A DNA stretch of 64,000 nt from an uncultured Methylomirabilota bacterium (GTDB lineage Bacteria; Methylomirabilota; Methylomirabilia; Methylomirabilales; 2-02-FULL-66-22): positions 3,878-67,877 of the forward strand of contig CAVQPC010000077.1 of assembly GCA_963714585.1 (NCBI GenBank), in the 5' to 3' direction. Shown here in pieces: positions 20,638-30,437 of this stretch; position 1 is the first letter of the stretch, and each line of letters starts with the position of its first letter. Under the pieces are notes generated by a model. The model saw only the letters and a program-made list of their open reading frames with translations, was not told the origin of the DNA and did no database searches. The translations under genes were made by a program, and so were the position numbers.

Positions 20638-22161
20638 CTACTCCGCCGGGTCGGCCAGCGTCGTGGGGAGGAGCCAGCTCCGCCCGTCCCGGGCGATGAG
20701 GGCCTCGGCCGCCTCGGGACCCCAGGTTCCCGCCGCGTAGTTGGGGAAGTCGGAGGCAGGCGTCGTTCCCCACACCTGCAGCACCGGCATCAGGATGGAC
20801 CAGGCGGCCTCGACCTGGTCGGCGCGCATGAAGAGGGTGGCGTCGCCCCTCATCACGTCCCAGAGGAGGGTCTCGTAGGCGTCGGGGGACGGGGTCTTGA
20901 AGGCCTCCCGGTAACAGAAGCGCATGTCCACGGGACGCAGGCGCATCTGGGGTCCCGGCTGCTTGGCCTGGAACTTGAGGACGATGCCCTCGTTGGGCTG
21001 GATGCAGATCACCAGCCTGGCCGGCTGCCAATCCAACGCCGCCTCGGTGGGAAAGGATTGATGGGGCACGGCGCGGAAGCGGATCGACACCTCGGAGACG
21101 TGGGCGGCCAGGCGCTTGCCCGTGCGGAGGTAGAAGGGCACGTCCTGCCAGCGCCAGTTGTCCACGAAGAGCTTCAGGGCTGCAAAGGTCTCGGTGTTGG
21201 AATCCCGCGCCACGGCGGGCTCCTCCCGGTAGACCGGGACGTGCTGTCCCCGGACCCAGCCGCTCCCGTACTGGCCCCGTGCCGCCACGGCGTGCACGGC
21301 CTCGGGGGCGATGGGTCGGATGGCATGCAGGACGTCGACCTTCTTGTTCCGGATCTCGTCGGCGTGGTAGGCGACCGGCGGCTCCATGGCCACCAGGCAC
21401 AGCAGTTGGAGCAGATGGTTCTGCAGCATGTCGCGGAGGGCGCCGGCGTGCTCATAGTACCCGCCGCGGTGCTCCACGCCCACCTCCTCGGCCACGGTGA
21501 TGGTGACGTGGTCCACGTAGCGGCGGTCCCAGATGGGCTCGAAGAGGGGGTTGGCGAAGCGGAAGGCCAGGATGTTCTGCACCGTCTCCTTCCCGAGGTA
21601 GTGATCGATCCGGAAGATCTGCGATTCCCGGACGGTATCGGTGAGGAGGCGGTTCAGTCGCACGGCCGACTCCAGGTCGGAGCCGAAGGGCTTCTCCACC
21701 ACGATGCGCGCGCGCTGGCGCTCTCGCACCAACCCGGCGGCCCCCAGCCCCGTGGCGATGGCGCCGATGAGCTGGGGGGGGATGGCCAGATAGAAGATCT
21801 GAGTGGCCTTCGCCCGCCACTCCTGCTCCAGGGCCGTGATCCGCTTCGCGAGCGCCGTGTAGGCGGCCTGGCCCGTGAAATCGGCCTGCAGGTACCCGAC
21901 CTGCGCGGCAAAAGCCTTCCAGTCTTCGTCGGGAATGGAGGCGCCGGAGGTCGCCTGGGCCAGTTGCTTTCGGAGGTGCCGGCGGTACGCCTCGTCAGTC
22001 TGCTCCACCCGGTCCACCCCCAGCACTGCAAAGGGCTTGGGCAGGGTCTCCTTGAGCGACAGGCGGAAGAGGGCGGGGACGATCTTGCGCCAGGTGAGAT
22101 CGCCCGCGGCACCGAAGATCACCAGGATGGTGGGCTGGAGTTGAGGCACGGAGTTTTGCAT
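20638..22161 (-). CDS. zwf: glucose-6-phosphate 1-dehydrogenase
   Basis: GAAGDLTWRKI NADP motif, RIDHYLGKE active-site motif, full length; start set at the ATG at 22161. Confidence 0.95.
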   Translation of the reverse strand: MQNSVPQLQPTILVIFGAAGDLTWRKIVPALFRLSLKETLPKPFAVLGVDRVEQTDEAYRRHLRKQLAQATSGASIPDEDWKAFAAQVGYLQADFTGQAAYTALAKRITALEQEWRAKATQIFYLAIPPQLIGAIATGLGAAGLVRERQRARIVVEKPFGSDLESAVRLNRLLTDTVRESQIFRIDHYLGKETVQNILAFRFANPLFEPIWDRRYVDHVTITVAEEVGVEHRGGYYEHAGALRDMLQNHLLQLLCLVAMEPPVAYHADEIRNKKVDVLHAIRPIAPEAVHAVAARGQYGSGWVRGQHVPVYREEPAVARDSNTETFAALKLFVDNWRWQDVPFYLRTGKRLAAHVSEVSIRFRAVPHQSFPTEAALDWQPARLVICIQPNEGIVLKFQAKQPGPQMRLRPVDMRFCYREAFKTPSPDAYETLLWDVMRGDATLFMRADQVEAAWSILMPVLQVWGTTPASDFPNYAAGTWGPEAAEALIARDGRSWLLPTTLADPAE

Positions 22162-22207
22162 TAGCCGTTTCCTTTGTGTCACGGACGTCCATTCATGCCG
22201 GGCTCGA

Positions 22208-23594
22208 TCACTCGGGACAACCATCCGGTGCAGCCCCACTACAGGCTGGCCCCGTGTCTGTCGCTCTTGGCATCCCAGTCGGCAGCGAAGGAGCGTCGTG
22301 CGTCTCGTCGGCCTCTTCCCCCGCCGACCCTCCCCTCGCCATGAGGAGCCCCAGGCCGATGCCCATCACGGCCACCAGCGGAACTCCCCGGTACCCCCAC
22401 GGGCCTGCCACCCAGCCTCCCAGCGCCGCCCCCAGTACCCCCGCGAGGGCCGTCACGGCGTTGAACAGTCCCATGCCGGGCCCTTCCCCGATCGGAGAGA
22501 GCTGGGCGGCCAGGGCGGTGCCGCTCACGCTCTGCAGGGACCAGCCGCAGATGAGGACCGCCAGGGCGAGCAGGGCCAGCCCGCCTTGGCCGGGCGGCCG
22601 CAGGATCCCCAGGAGGAAGAGGGCAAGGAACGCCGCCAGGCGCAGGATCAGGGCGGCGCGCAGTACCCGGACAGGGCCGAACCGGTCGCACCAGCGGCCC
22701 CCCGGAGAGTACAGGGTCAACCCCAGCGCGGCCGCCACGGCGAACCCCGCCGACGAGACGGTCGGGGAGAGCCCATGCACCCGGCTCATCAAGAGGGGGT
22801 ACAGGGCGAAGAAGGCTGGCAGCGCCCCCGAAGCTGGCCAGCCAGCTCCCGAGGAAGAGGGTGAAGGGAGAGCGCCAGCGGGATCCCGCCCCGCGTCTCG
22901 GGATCCCGCGCAGATGGTGGAAGAGGCGCTGGGGCGAGATGACCGCCCCCTCGGCATGACGGCACGGGTACAAAAGGACGGGCCTCGGTGCTACTGGTCC
23001 TGGAGGGGTCGTCGTGAGAGCCCATCCGCAGACCGCCGCGACGGCAGGCAGGGCGGCTGCGACCTCCAGTCCGGCGCTCATGCGGATCTGGCTCAGGGCG
23101 CCGGCGAGGAGGAGGCCGCCGACCTGGCCTCCGCCATAGAACGTCTGCAGCCAACCGATGCGTGCGTCCCACTCGGCGCGAGGGTGCGCCTCCACCACGA
23201 ACAGGTTGGCCACGGTGGCCGCCCCGGCCGCCCCGGCACTCAGCACCACGGCGAGGGCGACCCGCGCCGCCAGGGCCGTGGAGGCGGGGAAGGCCGCCAG
23301 CCCGATTGCGGTGACCAGGAGTCCCCCGACCAGCAGGCCTCGGTGCAGGCGGTAGCGATCCGCCAGGCCGCCCCAGAGGGGCGCGGTCAGGCCGCCCAGA
23401 TTCACGGCCGCCATCACCCAGCCCACGGCCGCCGGTCCCCCGGTCTGGCTCACCATCAGGGGCAGCAGGATGGGGATGAGGCCGGCCACGGCGGCGCCCT
23501 GCAGCGCATAGGCGAGATACCACGGCTCGATCGCCCGGCCCCACGGGTGGGAGGCCTTGACGGTTTTTGCGCCCACAGCGGACGGCGTCGGCAT
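22208..23594 (-). pseudogene. MFS transporter with an interrupted reading frame
   Basis: The N-terminal six-TM half and the C-terminal half are in different frames; the break is at about 22820-22835, at a C5 run (22825-22829). Confidence 0.8.
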
Positions 23595-23605
23595 CTGCTG
23601 CCTCG

Positions 23606-24864
23606 CTACTCTCGCATAGCCGGGCTTCTCCTCACGCCTCTCGCAGGAAGGGCGCGCGTCGGTCCGGAGACGGCCTCGGGGGCCGCGACCGAGCGAGCGG
23701 CGCGGGGCAGCGACTCGTACAGCTCCAGATAGCGCCGCAACGTCTTCCGGCAGTCGTGGTGCAGCGCGAGAGCCCGGCTGGCCGCACCCATCCGGGCCCA
23801 CGTCTCCCGGTGGTCAGCCAGTTCCGCGATCCCTCGGGCGGCGGACTCGGGGTCCCCGGGTCGAAAGAGGATCCCGTTGACCCCGGGCCGCACCAGTTCG
23901 GGCAGGGCCCGGGCGTCCGCCGCCAGGATCGGCCGGCCCGTGGCCATGGCCTCCAGCGTGGCGATGCTCAGGAGTTCGGCGTCGCTCGGCATGGCGAAGA
24001 GGTCGGCGCTGTTGAGGAGTGCCGGGAGATCCGCGGTGGGCACATACCCGGGAAAGACCGCCCGCCGGCCCAAGTGGAGCGCCTGTGCGAGCGCGGCAAG
24101 GGCCCTCCGATGTCTCCCCTGGCCGACCATCACCAGTTGCAGATCGTGCCGGTCCAGCCGGGCCAGCGCCTGGAGCAAGACCTCCAGGCACTTTTCCCGG
24201 TCCAGCCTGCCCACGTAGAGAAACAGCGTGGCCTCGGCCTCCAGCCCGTACCGCAGCCGCACCGCCCGCCGGTCCACGTCCTGATCCGGTGTGAAGTGCT
24301 CCACATCGACGCCACAGGAGACGGCCCGGACCTCGACCTGGAGGCCGCAGTCGCGCAAGATCTGCGCGGCCGTCCGGCTCGGGGCCGTGACCAGATCCGC
24401 CCGATCCAGCACCCCCAGCGCCGTCCGCCAGAGGAGGCGCGTGAGCAGGCGGGGTGCGCGGCGCAGCAGGGGGACGTAGGGGATCATGTTCTCCGGCACG
24501 AAGTGGTTGGTGGCCAGCACCGGTATCCCCCGCCGCCGGGCCGCGCGGAGCACGCCGCGAGAGAGGGGGTAATGGTCCTGCAGGTGGACGATGTCGGGTT
24601 GGAATTCCTCCAGGAGGCGAGCCCACCCACGGGCCCGGCGTGAAGCTCACCCGAATGTCGGCGTAGGGGGGGAACAGCGGCACGGCGGGGATGCCTTCGA
24701 CGCGCACGCCATTCCGCACCGGCCCATGGCCCGCAGGCGGGGGACGGCGTGAGGACCATAACCTGGTGGCCCTGGCGCCCGAGGCCCTCTGCCAGTTGGA
24801 TGCTGAACACCCCCGGTCCGTTGATGGGGGGATCGTAGGTCTGGCCGGCCATGACGATGCGCAT
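23606..24864 (-). pseudogene. GT4-family glycosyltransferase spread over three reading frames
   Basis: AAGGAG RBS. MRIVMAGQTYDPPINGPGVF, then RNGVRVEGIPAVPLF, then RLLEEFQPDIVHLQDH...EAMATGRPILA; breaks at about 24735-24745 (G5 run) and about 24618-24640. Confidence 0.8.
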
Positions 24865-24866
24865 GT

Positions 24867-25361
24867 TCACCGCTCCTTCGTCAGGGCGTCCCGCATCCAG
24901 GGGACGGGATGCCCGGCGTCCGGTCGGCCGTCCTTGAAGGGGATTTCGCCCACAGCGAGCGGCACCGCCTGCGGTCCCAGGGTGGTGCAGTGCCCGCCCT
25001 TCCCGAAGGAGCGCGTGCTCCGCAGGAAGAGGAAGCCAATGACGAGGGGCAGCCAGAAGTTCAGACCACGGAAGGCCAGGGTGATCAGGACGGCCTTGGC
25101 CTCCGGCATGCCGAGGGAGGCGAAGACCAGGGCCATGACGCCCTCGACGGCTGCCACCCCCTGGGGGAGGATGGTGACCACGCCGGAGATCACGCCGAGA
25201 CCAAAGCCGGCCATGAGGACGCCCAGGTCTACCGGCTGGTGGAAGGCCAGGAACAGCAGGTAGAGGCCTGCCAGGTTCACGGCGTGCAGGACAAATCCTA
25301 CGAGGGCAGCGACTAGAAGCCAGCGGCGGCCCCGAAGGTACCCCTGCGCGTGCGGTGCCAC
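24867..25361 (-). CDS. membrane protein resembling the C-terminal half of a flippase-like / lysyl-PG-synthase TM-region protein
   Basis: Four TM segments with ILPQGVAAVEGVMALVF...LAFRGLNFWLPLVIG; GTG start directly after the upstream TGA; about half the usual family length. Confidence 0.5.
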   Translation of the reverse strand: MAPHAQGYLRGRRWLLVAALVGFVLHAVNLAGLYLLFLAFHQPVDLGVLMAGFGLGVISGVVTILPQGVAAVEGVMALVFASLGMPEAKAVLITLAFRGLNFWLPLVIGFLFLRSTRSFGKGGHCTTLGPQAVPLAVGEIPFKDGRPDAGHPVPWMRDALTKER

Positions 25362-27212
25362 TCACAGCCCCTGCGGCGCCGGATGCGGCTGCGGCTCGGC
25401 CAGGCCGGGCTGGACCCGTGACGGGGACGTCCGCGGGACCTTGCGGCCGGCCTCGGACGGTACCTGCTCCGCCTCGTAGCGGCGGAGGAGCGTCTCGCGC
25501 GTGATCCAGAGTTGGTCGCGCCGGAGCTCCCACACCCGCCTCCCGCGAAGACTCGCAGGGTTGTAGGCCCAGGTCAGGCACTTGGCGTGCAGGTTCTCCC
25601 AGAAATCGGCAAACCGTCGCCTCCACCCGGCGGCGCCATCCCGGGGGACCAGCTCAAACCCCCAGCGCTCGGCCATCTTGGCCAGGTGCACGGGCGTGTA
25701 GCGGCTGCCGAATGCCCCCTCGCCCCGGAAAGCCCGGACCCGCGCGAGGCGCGGGTCGGTCTGGATGTAGACGCTGAGATCCCTGAGCGACTGGACCAGT
25801 TGCCGCCGGAAAGCGAGAGCCCAGGCCAGGTCCGATCGCCGGTCCCCTAGGGGCGGGATGTGCTCGTTCCACAGGTGGAGCTCGCCCACCAGGTCCCCGC
25901 GGCGAACCTGCGTGCCGTCGGATAGGGCCAGATCCTGCCGGCTTTCCCCGAGGGCCAGCCGGAACAGGCAGCCCCGTCCGTGGCTGAACTCGAAGATGTG
26001 GCACGTCCGCCGGAGGCAGGCGTCCAGGCCGCGCACCAGCGGTCGCAAGGCCGGGGTCGCCCCCGCGGTAGCCGGCTCTTCAGATGGGAGCGGCACGAGG
26101 CGGCCGTCGTGCGACAGGGCAAAGGTTTCACCCCGCCAGACGACCTGCCGGCCTCCGGCGCCCATGCACCAGATCAGGGCGGTCAGCAGGTCCCGCAGCG
26201 GGAGCCAGACCATCCAGCGGCGGGCCGTCCGATCCCGCGTCTCACCGGTGATGAGCCACACCACGGTCCAGCGCAGCAGGAGGGACGCGACCAGAGCCAG
26301 AAGCGCCTGCGGGCTGCCGTCGGTCCAGAGCACCAGGACGACGGCCAGCGGGGTGCTGAAGGTGAGAAGGAGGCCGGGGTACTCCCGGGGGCGGCTCACC
26401 CGGTGGCAGTGGGTCCAGCGCACCTCTCGATCCCACTGCGCGCGGAAGGTGGTGGCGCCGAGGACGTTCTCGACGATATAGTCGGACAGGTACACCTTCA
26501 GGCCCAGATCGGCGATCCGCGCCCCCAGTTGGTAGTCATCCACCAGGTAATCCGCCACGGCGGCGAATCCGCCCAGCCGCAGCAGGTCGTCACGCCGCAA
26601 GGCGAGGGTGGAGCCCAGGGCGAAGCGCATCCGGAGCACCCGGCGGGCGACGACCACCAGCGGCAGGTACGTGGCCCCCCAGTAGAGCGCTTCGAGCCTG
26701 GCGGTGAAGGTGACGGCTTCCATCCCCCGGAAGAGGCACGTGACCAGGCCGACGGACCGGTCGGCGAGGGGCGCCACCACGCGCCGCAGGTAGTCCGGCC
26801 CGACCCGCATGTCGCTGTCGCTCACCACCAGGATCGCGTGCCGGGCGTGGGCGGCCATGGCGTGCAGCAGGCCGGCCTTGCGGTTGGTCCGGTTCGTGGG
26901 GGCGACGACGAGCCGGATGCTCCGCGTGGGGCAGTCTCGCTGCAGGCGCTTGACGACGGCCACGGCCGGATCCGCCGCGTCGGCCACACCGAACAGCAGC
27001 TCGAAGTCCGGGTAGTCCTGCCGGCAGAAGCTCAGGAAGTTCCGGTACGCGTCCGCATCCAGCCCCCGCACAGGCTTGAGGATGGAGACGGGCGGCTGGA
27101 AGGCGGAATCGGGTGCGGACCGCCGCCGCAGAAAGGCCCGCACCCACCACCAGGCCAGCAGCCAGAAAAGCCAGCTCGCGACGAGGAGCACCTCGAGAAT
27201 CGTGGTGAGCAT
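25362..27212 (-). CDS. GT2/GT21 glycosyltransferase (ceramide glucosyltransferase / HpnI-like) with a ~225-aa uncharacterised C-terminal extension
   Basis: PPVSILKPVRGLD, QDYPDFELLF, VVSDSDMRV, GLVTCLFRG motifs plus TM segments; the C-terminal soluble part is not recognised with confidence. Confidence 0.85.
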   Translation of the reverse strand: MLTTILEVLLVASWLFWLLAWWWVRAFLRRRSAPDSAFQPPVSILKPVRGLDADAYRNFLSFCRQDYPDFELLFGVADAADPAVAVVKRLQRDCPTRSIRLVVAPTNRTNRKAGLLHAMAAHARHAILVVSDSDMRVGPDYLRRVVAPLADRSVGLVTCLFRGMEAVTFTARLEALYWGATYLPLVVVARRVLRMRFALGSTLALRRDDLLRLGGFAAVADYLVDDYQLGARIADLGLKVYLSDYIVENVLGATTFRAQWDREVRWTHCHRVSRPREYPGLLLTFSTPLAVVLVLWTDGSPQALLALVASLLLRWTVVWLITGETRDRTARRWMVWLPLRDLLTALIWCMGAGGRQVVWRGETFALSHDGRLVPLPSEEPATAGATPALRPLVRGLDACLRRTCHIFEFSHGRGCLFRLALGESRQDLALSDGTQVRRGDLVGELHLWNEHIPPLGDRRSDLAWALAFRRQLVQSLRDLSVYIQTDPRLARVRAFRGEGAFGSRYTPVHLAKMAERWGFELVPRDGAAGWRRRFADFWENLHAKCLTWAYNPASLRGRRVWELRRDQLWITRETLLRRYEAEQVPSEAGRKVPRTSPSRVQPGLAEPQPHPAPQGL

Positions 27213-27339
27213 CGCGTTCCCCTCATTCCACGCCCAGGGCGCCCCGCACGGTCTCCCGGAGGATGGCGAGCCCCCCCGCGGGGTCGCCGCCCAGGTCGGC
27301 GGAGCGAGGTGCCTCCCGCCGCCCGAGCCTCGGCCCCCG

Positions 27340-27658
27340 CCAGGAAGGCTTCGACCACCTCCCGGTAGCGGGGGAGCCCGAAGAGGAGGGTCACGTTGAC
27401 ATTGATCCCCTCGCTGAGAAGCGCCCGGATGGCCGGAACGCCTTCCCGCGTGCCCGGGACCTTGATCATGAGGTTGGGCCGATCCGCCGCCGCCCAGAGC
27501 CGCCGGGCCTCCTCGATGGTCCCGGCCGTGTCGTGGGCGAGGTGTGGAGAGACCTCCAGGCTCACGAAGCCGTCAGCCCCGTCCAGGCGGTCGTAGATCG
27601 GGCGGAACAGGTCCGCGGTCTGCTGGATGTCCTCGACGGGATTCTCCTTCATGGTCAT
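27340..27658 (-). pseudogene. tal: transaldolase remnant (central ~100 residues only)
   Basis: DIQQTADLFRPIYDRLDGADGFVSLEVSPHLAHDTAGTIEEARRLW...NLMIKVPGT...GINVNVTLLF matches the central part of long-type transaldolase; the N-terminal ~80 aa and the C-terminal half are absent. Confidence 0.7.
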
Positions 27659-27711
27659 GCCTCCCGGCCTGCGGGCGAAATGTCTCGCGCCGTCATGTCG
27701 ACGCCCCGCTA

Positions 27712-28080
27712 TTAGTATAGGGTCCTAGTCACGGAATGGTAACCGGTTGCCCCGTTGGGAGAGGGGTCGTGGGAGGTCTCGATCTGGAGGGCGCCGGTCC
27801 CGTCCGTGGCGCGGACGCGGAACGTGTGCCGGCCGCCCTGTCGCGGCCAGTCGTAGACCCACTGGACCCAGGTGCGCGAGCTCAAGGGTGGGGTCCGGAG
27901 GACGGCCTCGGCCCACGGGCCGGCGTCCACCTGGACCTCGACCTTTTGGATGCCCCGATCGCCGGCCCAGGCGATCCCCCCGACGGGGACCTTCCCGTCC
28001 TGGACGCGGTCCGTCGCCACGCTGTCGATGATGGACAGGATCTGGGGCCGGGCCTGGCGGCTCCAGTCGCGGTCCCCCAT
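27712..28080 (-). pseudogene. isolated Moco-dimerisation (Ig-like) domain of a sulfite-oxidase-family enzyme
   Basis: GIAWAGDRGIQKVEVQVDAGPWAEAVL...WVQWVYDW...FRVRATDGTG; the catalytic Moco domain is missing. Confidence 0.65.
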
Positions 28081-28092
28081 TACTCCTGTCGA

Positions 28093-28374
28093 GTGGCTAG
28101 GGGACCCCACCAAGATTATTCCGCCAAGGAGCGTGCGGCCTACGACGAGCGGGTCCTGGCCATTCGCACCGTGCTGGAGCTGGTCGAACAGCGACAGAGG
28201 CGCCGCCTCTCCCAGCGGACGCTCGCCGAGCGCATGGGGGTCAGCCAGCCGGTGATCGCCCGGCTGGAGAAACCGCTCGAGCCGGCGTGGCGGCAGCCGT
28301 CCCTGAGCATGCTCTCGCGATATGCCGCCGCCCTCGGTCTGGTCCTTGAGGTGCGTCTCCGCCCCGCGGCCTGA
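28093..28374 (+). CDS. XRE-family HTH protein, antitoxin-like (orphan)
   Basis: RRLSQRTLAERMGVSQPVIARLEK HTH with a short N-terminal ERAAYDE segment typical of HigA-like antitoxins; GTG start uncertain; begins at the junction with the sulfite-oxidase fragment. Confidence 0.6.
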   Translation: MARGPHQDYSAKERAAYDERVLAIRTVLELVEQRQRRRLSQRTLAERMGVSQPVIARLEKPLEPAWRQPSLSMLSRYAAALGLVLEVRLRPAA

Positions 28375-28571
28375 TCCGATCGCTCGGCGCCTGACGTTGC
28401 TCGCGATGACGTCCATCCCTCAGGCGGTCAGTCCACTCAGCGAACAACGCATTCTGCCCGGTCCGACGAGGGGGACTCGGCTCGGAGCAAGCATCAGGAT
28501 ACATGAAAAGCAACGACCCGGATTGCCAGGATCGATGGGGCGAAGCCGCTGCTCTGCAGGATTCCGAGCAC

Positions 28572-28750
28572 TTCCTTTTGTCCCGCTCCCGGTTTCCCGG
28601 ACACCAACCCAGACAGATTCTGCGGCCCCCGCACCACGAGGGCTCTTCGGTAACACTGCCGAAGCGGCCGGGCCCGTCGCTCCGATGTCCCGGTCAACGG
28701 AAATGACTTCCGCAAGTGCGCTACGTAACAAGTTGCTCCAGAAGCAATGT
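28572..28750 (+). repeat. cassette-boundary repeat, copy A
   Basis: Aligns along about 180 bp with copy B and about 110 bp with copy C; core CGGCCGGGCCCGTCGCTCCGATGTCCCGGTCAACGGAAAT. Confidence 0.8.
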
Positions 28751-28797
28751 ACCCCGATATTAAGGTACTGGTCAGTACCTCGTTGTACCCTTTCCCC

Positions 28798-28827
28798 TTG
28801 ACAGCCGCCCGGCTGTCTGAGTAGTGT
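28798..28827 (+). promoter_or_regulatory. candidate sigma-70 promoter with embedded palindrome upstream of the Panacea gene pair
   Basis: TTGACA (28798-28803), 18 nt, TAGTGT; the spacer contains the palindrome ACAGCCG-CC-CGGCTGT (28801-28816). Confidence 0.4.
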
Positions 28828-29125
28828 GTGGGTGGCTCAAGGCCACGGCTGCCCTCATTGAGGTCCCCAGCTAGAGCCAAGAAATACCTCAGCTTCTGGT
28901 TATTTCATGCCGATGGTCAGTGAGGACGGACTGCCCGACGCTACCGACCCTCACTCTTTACTCCAGGAAATTCTTCCCATCTTGGGATAGCGCCAAAATA
29001 GTCGTGCACGTGGTGCCCTCTCCTCCAATCAGCAGTGGTTCCGTCGGAACCCATCACCTGACCTGGAGGTGGTCCTCATGCCGTCCGCCCACACCATTGC
29101 CCGGCCCGCGAGAGAAGTCCAAGTG

Positions 29126-29689
29126 ATGTCCTCAAAGAAGACTGTTGCCCCTATTAGGATCAAGACCGCCACCGAGTATGATCCGGAGAAGGCTGTCCAC
29201 ACTCTCGCATATGTCGCGAAGAAGTTGGGCGGGGCAGCCGACATGTACAAGCTCCTCAAGATTATTTATTTTGCGGATAAGCGTCATCTGGAGCGGTATG
29301 GACGCTTCATCTTCGGCGACACCTACATCGCCATGAACCACGGTCCCGTTCCGAGTGGGGCATACGATGCCATCAAGGACGTACGCGGCGTGGCGGTATG
29401 GTGCAGACGACATCCTCTGGCGAAGAAGGCGCTTCGGGTCCAGGGCACGGAGATAATCCCCAGGGTCGAACCAGATCTAGACTTGTTCAGTGAGTCAGAC
29501 CTGGAGTGCCTGGACGAGACAATCAGGGAGTGTCGGGACCTGAGCTTCCAAGAGCTGAAGAAGAGGAGCCATGGTGACCCCGCCTTTCGGAAGGCAGATG
29601 CCAATGGCGAGATGACGATCGAGAGTATCGCCGCAACCCTGCCCAACGCCGGGGCTGTGCTGGAGTACCTTCATGGATCTTCGGAGTAA
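29126..29689 (+). CDS. Panacea (DUF4065, SocA/GepA-like) domain protein, putative PanA-type antitoxin
   Basis: MYKLLKIIYFADKRHLERYGRFIFGDTYIAMNHGPVPSGAYD is the DUF4065 signature; start could also be 29069. Confidence 0.8.
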   Translation: MSSKKTVAPIRIKTATEYDPEKAVHTLAYVAKKLGGAADMYKLLKIIYFADKRHLERYGRFIFGDTYIAMNHGPVPSGAYDAIKDVRGVAVWCRRHPLAKKALRVQGTEIIPRVEPDLDLFSESDLECLDETIRECRDLSFQELKKRSHGDPAFRKADANGEMTIESIAATLPNAGAVLEYLHGSSE

Positions 29690-29697
29690 TCGCCGGG

Positions 29698-30177
29698 ATG
29701 GCCATCGGCGACTCCTTTCCCCTCGAGAAGCGAAAGGCCTACGTTGAGCGCAACCTCAAGGCGTGGTCGGTCATCTACCTCTACTGCGAGTCCATCTCCC
29801 CGCCGCACGACAAGTTCCTTCTGATCGTCAGCGCGTCTCCATACGTGCTTTACTTCTTCATCAACACTGAGCCATACGAACTCGCCAAGTCGAACCCAAA
29901 GATGAAAGAGACGCAGGTCTCCATCGACGTGAAGGAGCATCCTTTTCTCTCCTACGATTCCTTCATCGACTGCTCGCGGCTGCTCTCCCTCCCGGCCTAC
30001 GAGGTTGAGCGGCAACTCGTCGCCGACGTCGGGAGAGTCAAAGGTGTGATATCGGATGCCATTCAGGCGAAGGTTCTTGAGGCGGTGAGGAAAAACGGGG
30101 TCATGAGCCCACGCAAGAAGAAAATGATCTTGGAACAACTGTTGAGCAAGACGCCTCGGCGGGGAGGCAGGGCCTGA
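29698..30177 (+). CDS. hypothetical 159-aa protein, candidate Panacea-associated toxin
   Basis: Starts 9 nt after the PanA stop with a GGAG upstream; no family recognised by eye. Confidence 0.6.
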   Translation: MAIGDSFPLEKRKAYVERNLKAWSVIYLYCESISPPHDKFLLIVSASPYVLYFFINTEPYELAKSNPKMKETQVSIDVKEHPFLSYDSFIDCSRLLSLPAYEVERQLVADVGRVKGVISDAIQAKVLEAVRKNGVMSPRKKKMILEQLLSKTPRRGGRA

Positions 30178-30224
30178 TTAACTCTCACCAAGGACGATGG
30201 CGGGGTCCTTCCGTCACGCCCCTT

Positions 30225-30408
30225 ATTCCTTCTGTACCGCACCCGGTTTCCTGGACAGCAACTCGGACAGATTCTGCGGCCTTCCGCACCGACGAGGAGG
30301 GGTCTTCCGTGACGCTGGCGAACCGGCCGGGCTCGTCGCTCCGACGTCCCGGTCGACGGAAATAGCTCTCCTAAGTGGGCTGCTTAACAAATTCCTTCAG
30401 AACCAACG
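30225..30408 (+). repeat. cassette-boundary repeat, copy B
   Basis: Same family as copy A; core CGGCCGGGCTCGTCGCTCCGACGTCCCGGTCGACGGAAAT; ends with GCTTAACAAATTCCTTCAGAACCAA. Confidence 0.8.
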
Positions 30409-30437
30409 GGTCCCCCATTACACCCGTTTGACCCGGA

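Noticed and set aside
28572-28640. Minus-strand CCGGGAAACCGGGAGCGGGACAAAAGG in copy A as a guanidine-I (ykkC-like) riboswitch
   Set aside because: Only a superficial resemblance to the GGGA...ACGR...AAAAG pattern. The motif is not conserved in copies B and C, and no transporter or carboxylase gene lies downstream.
28572-30408. The same repeats as canonical integron attC sites (they contain TAACAA)
   Set aside because: I could not find a complementary GTTRRRY right core or paired inner arms at a sensible distance. The conserved block lies on the wrong side of the TAACAA motif. This is kept only as something to test with a covariance model.
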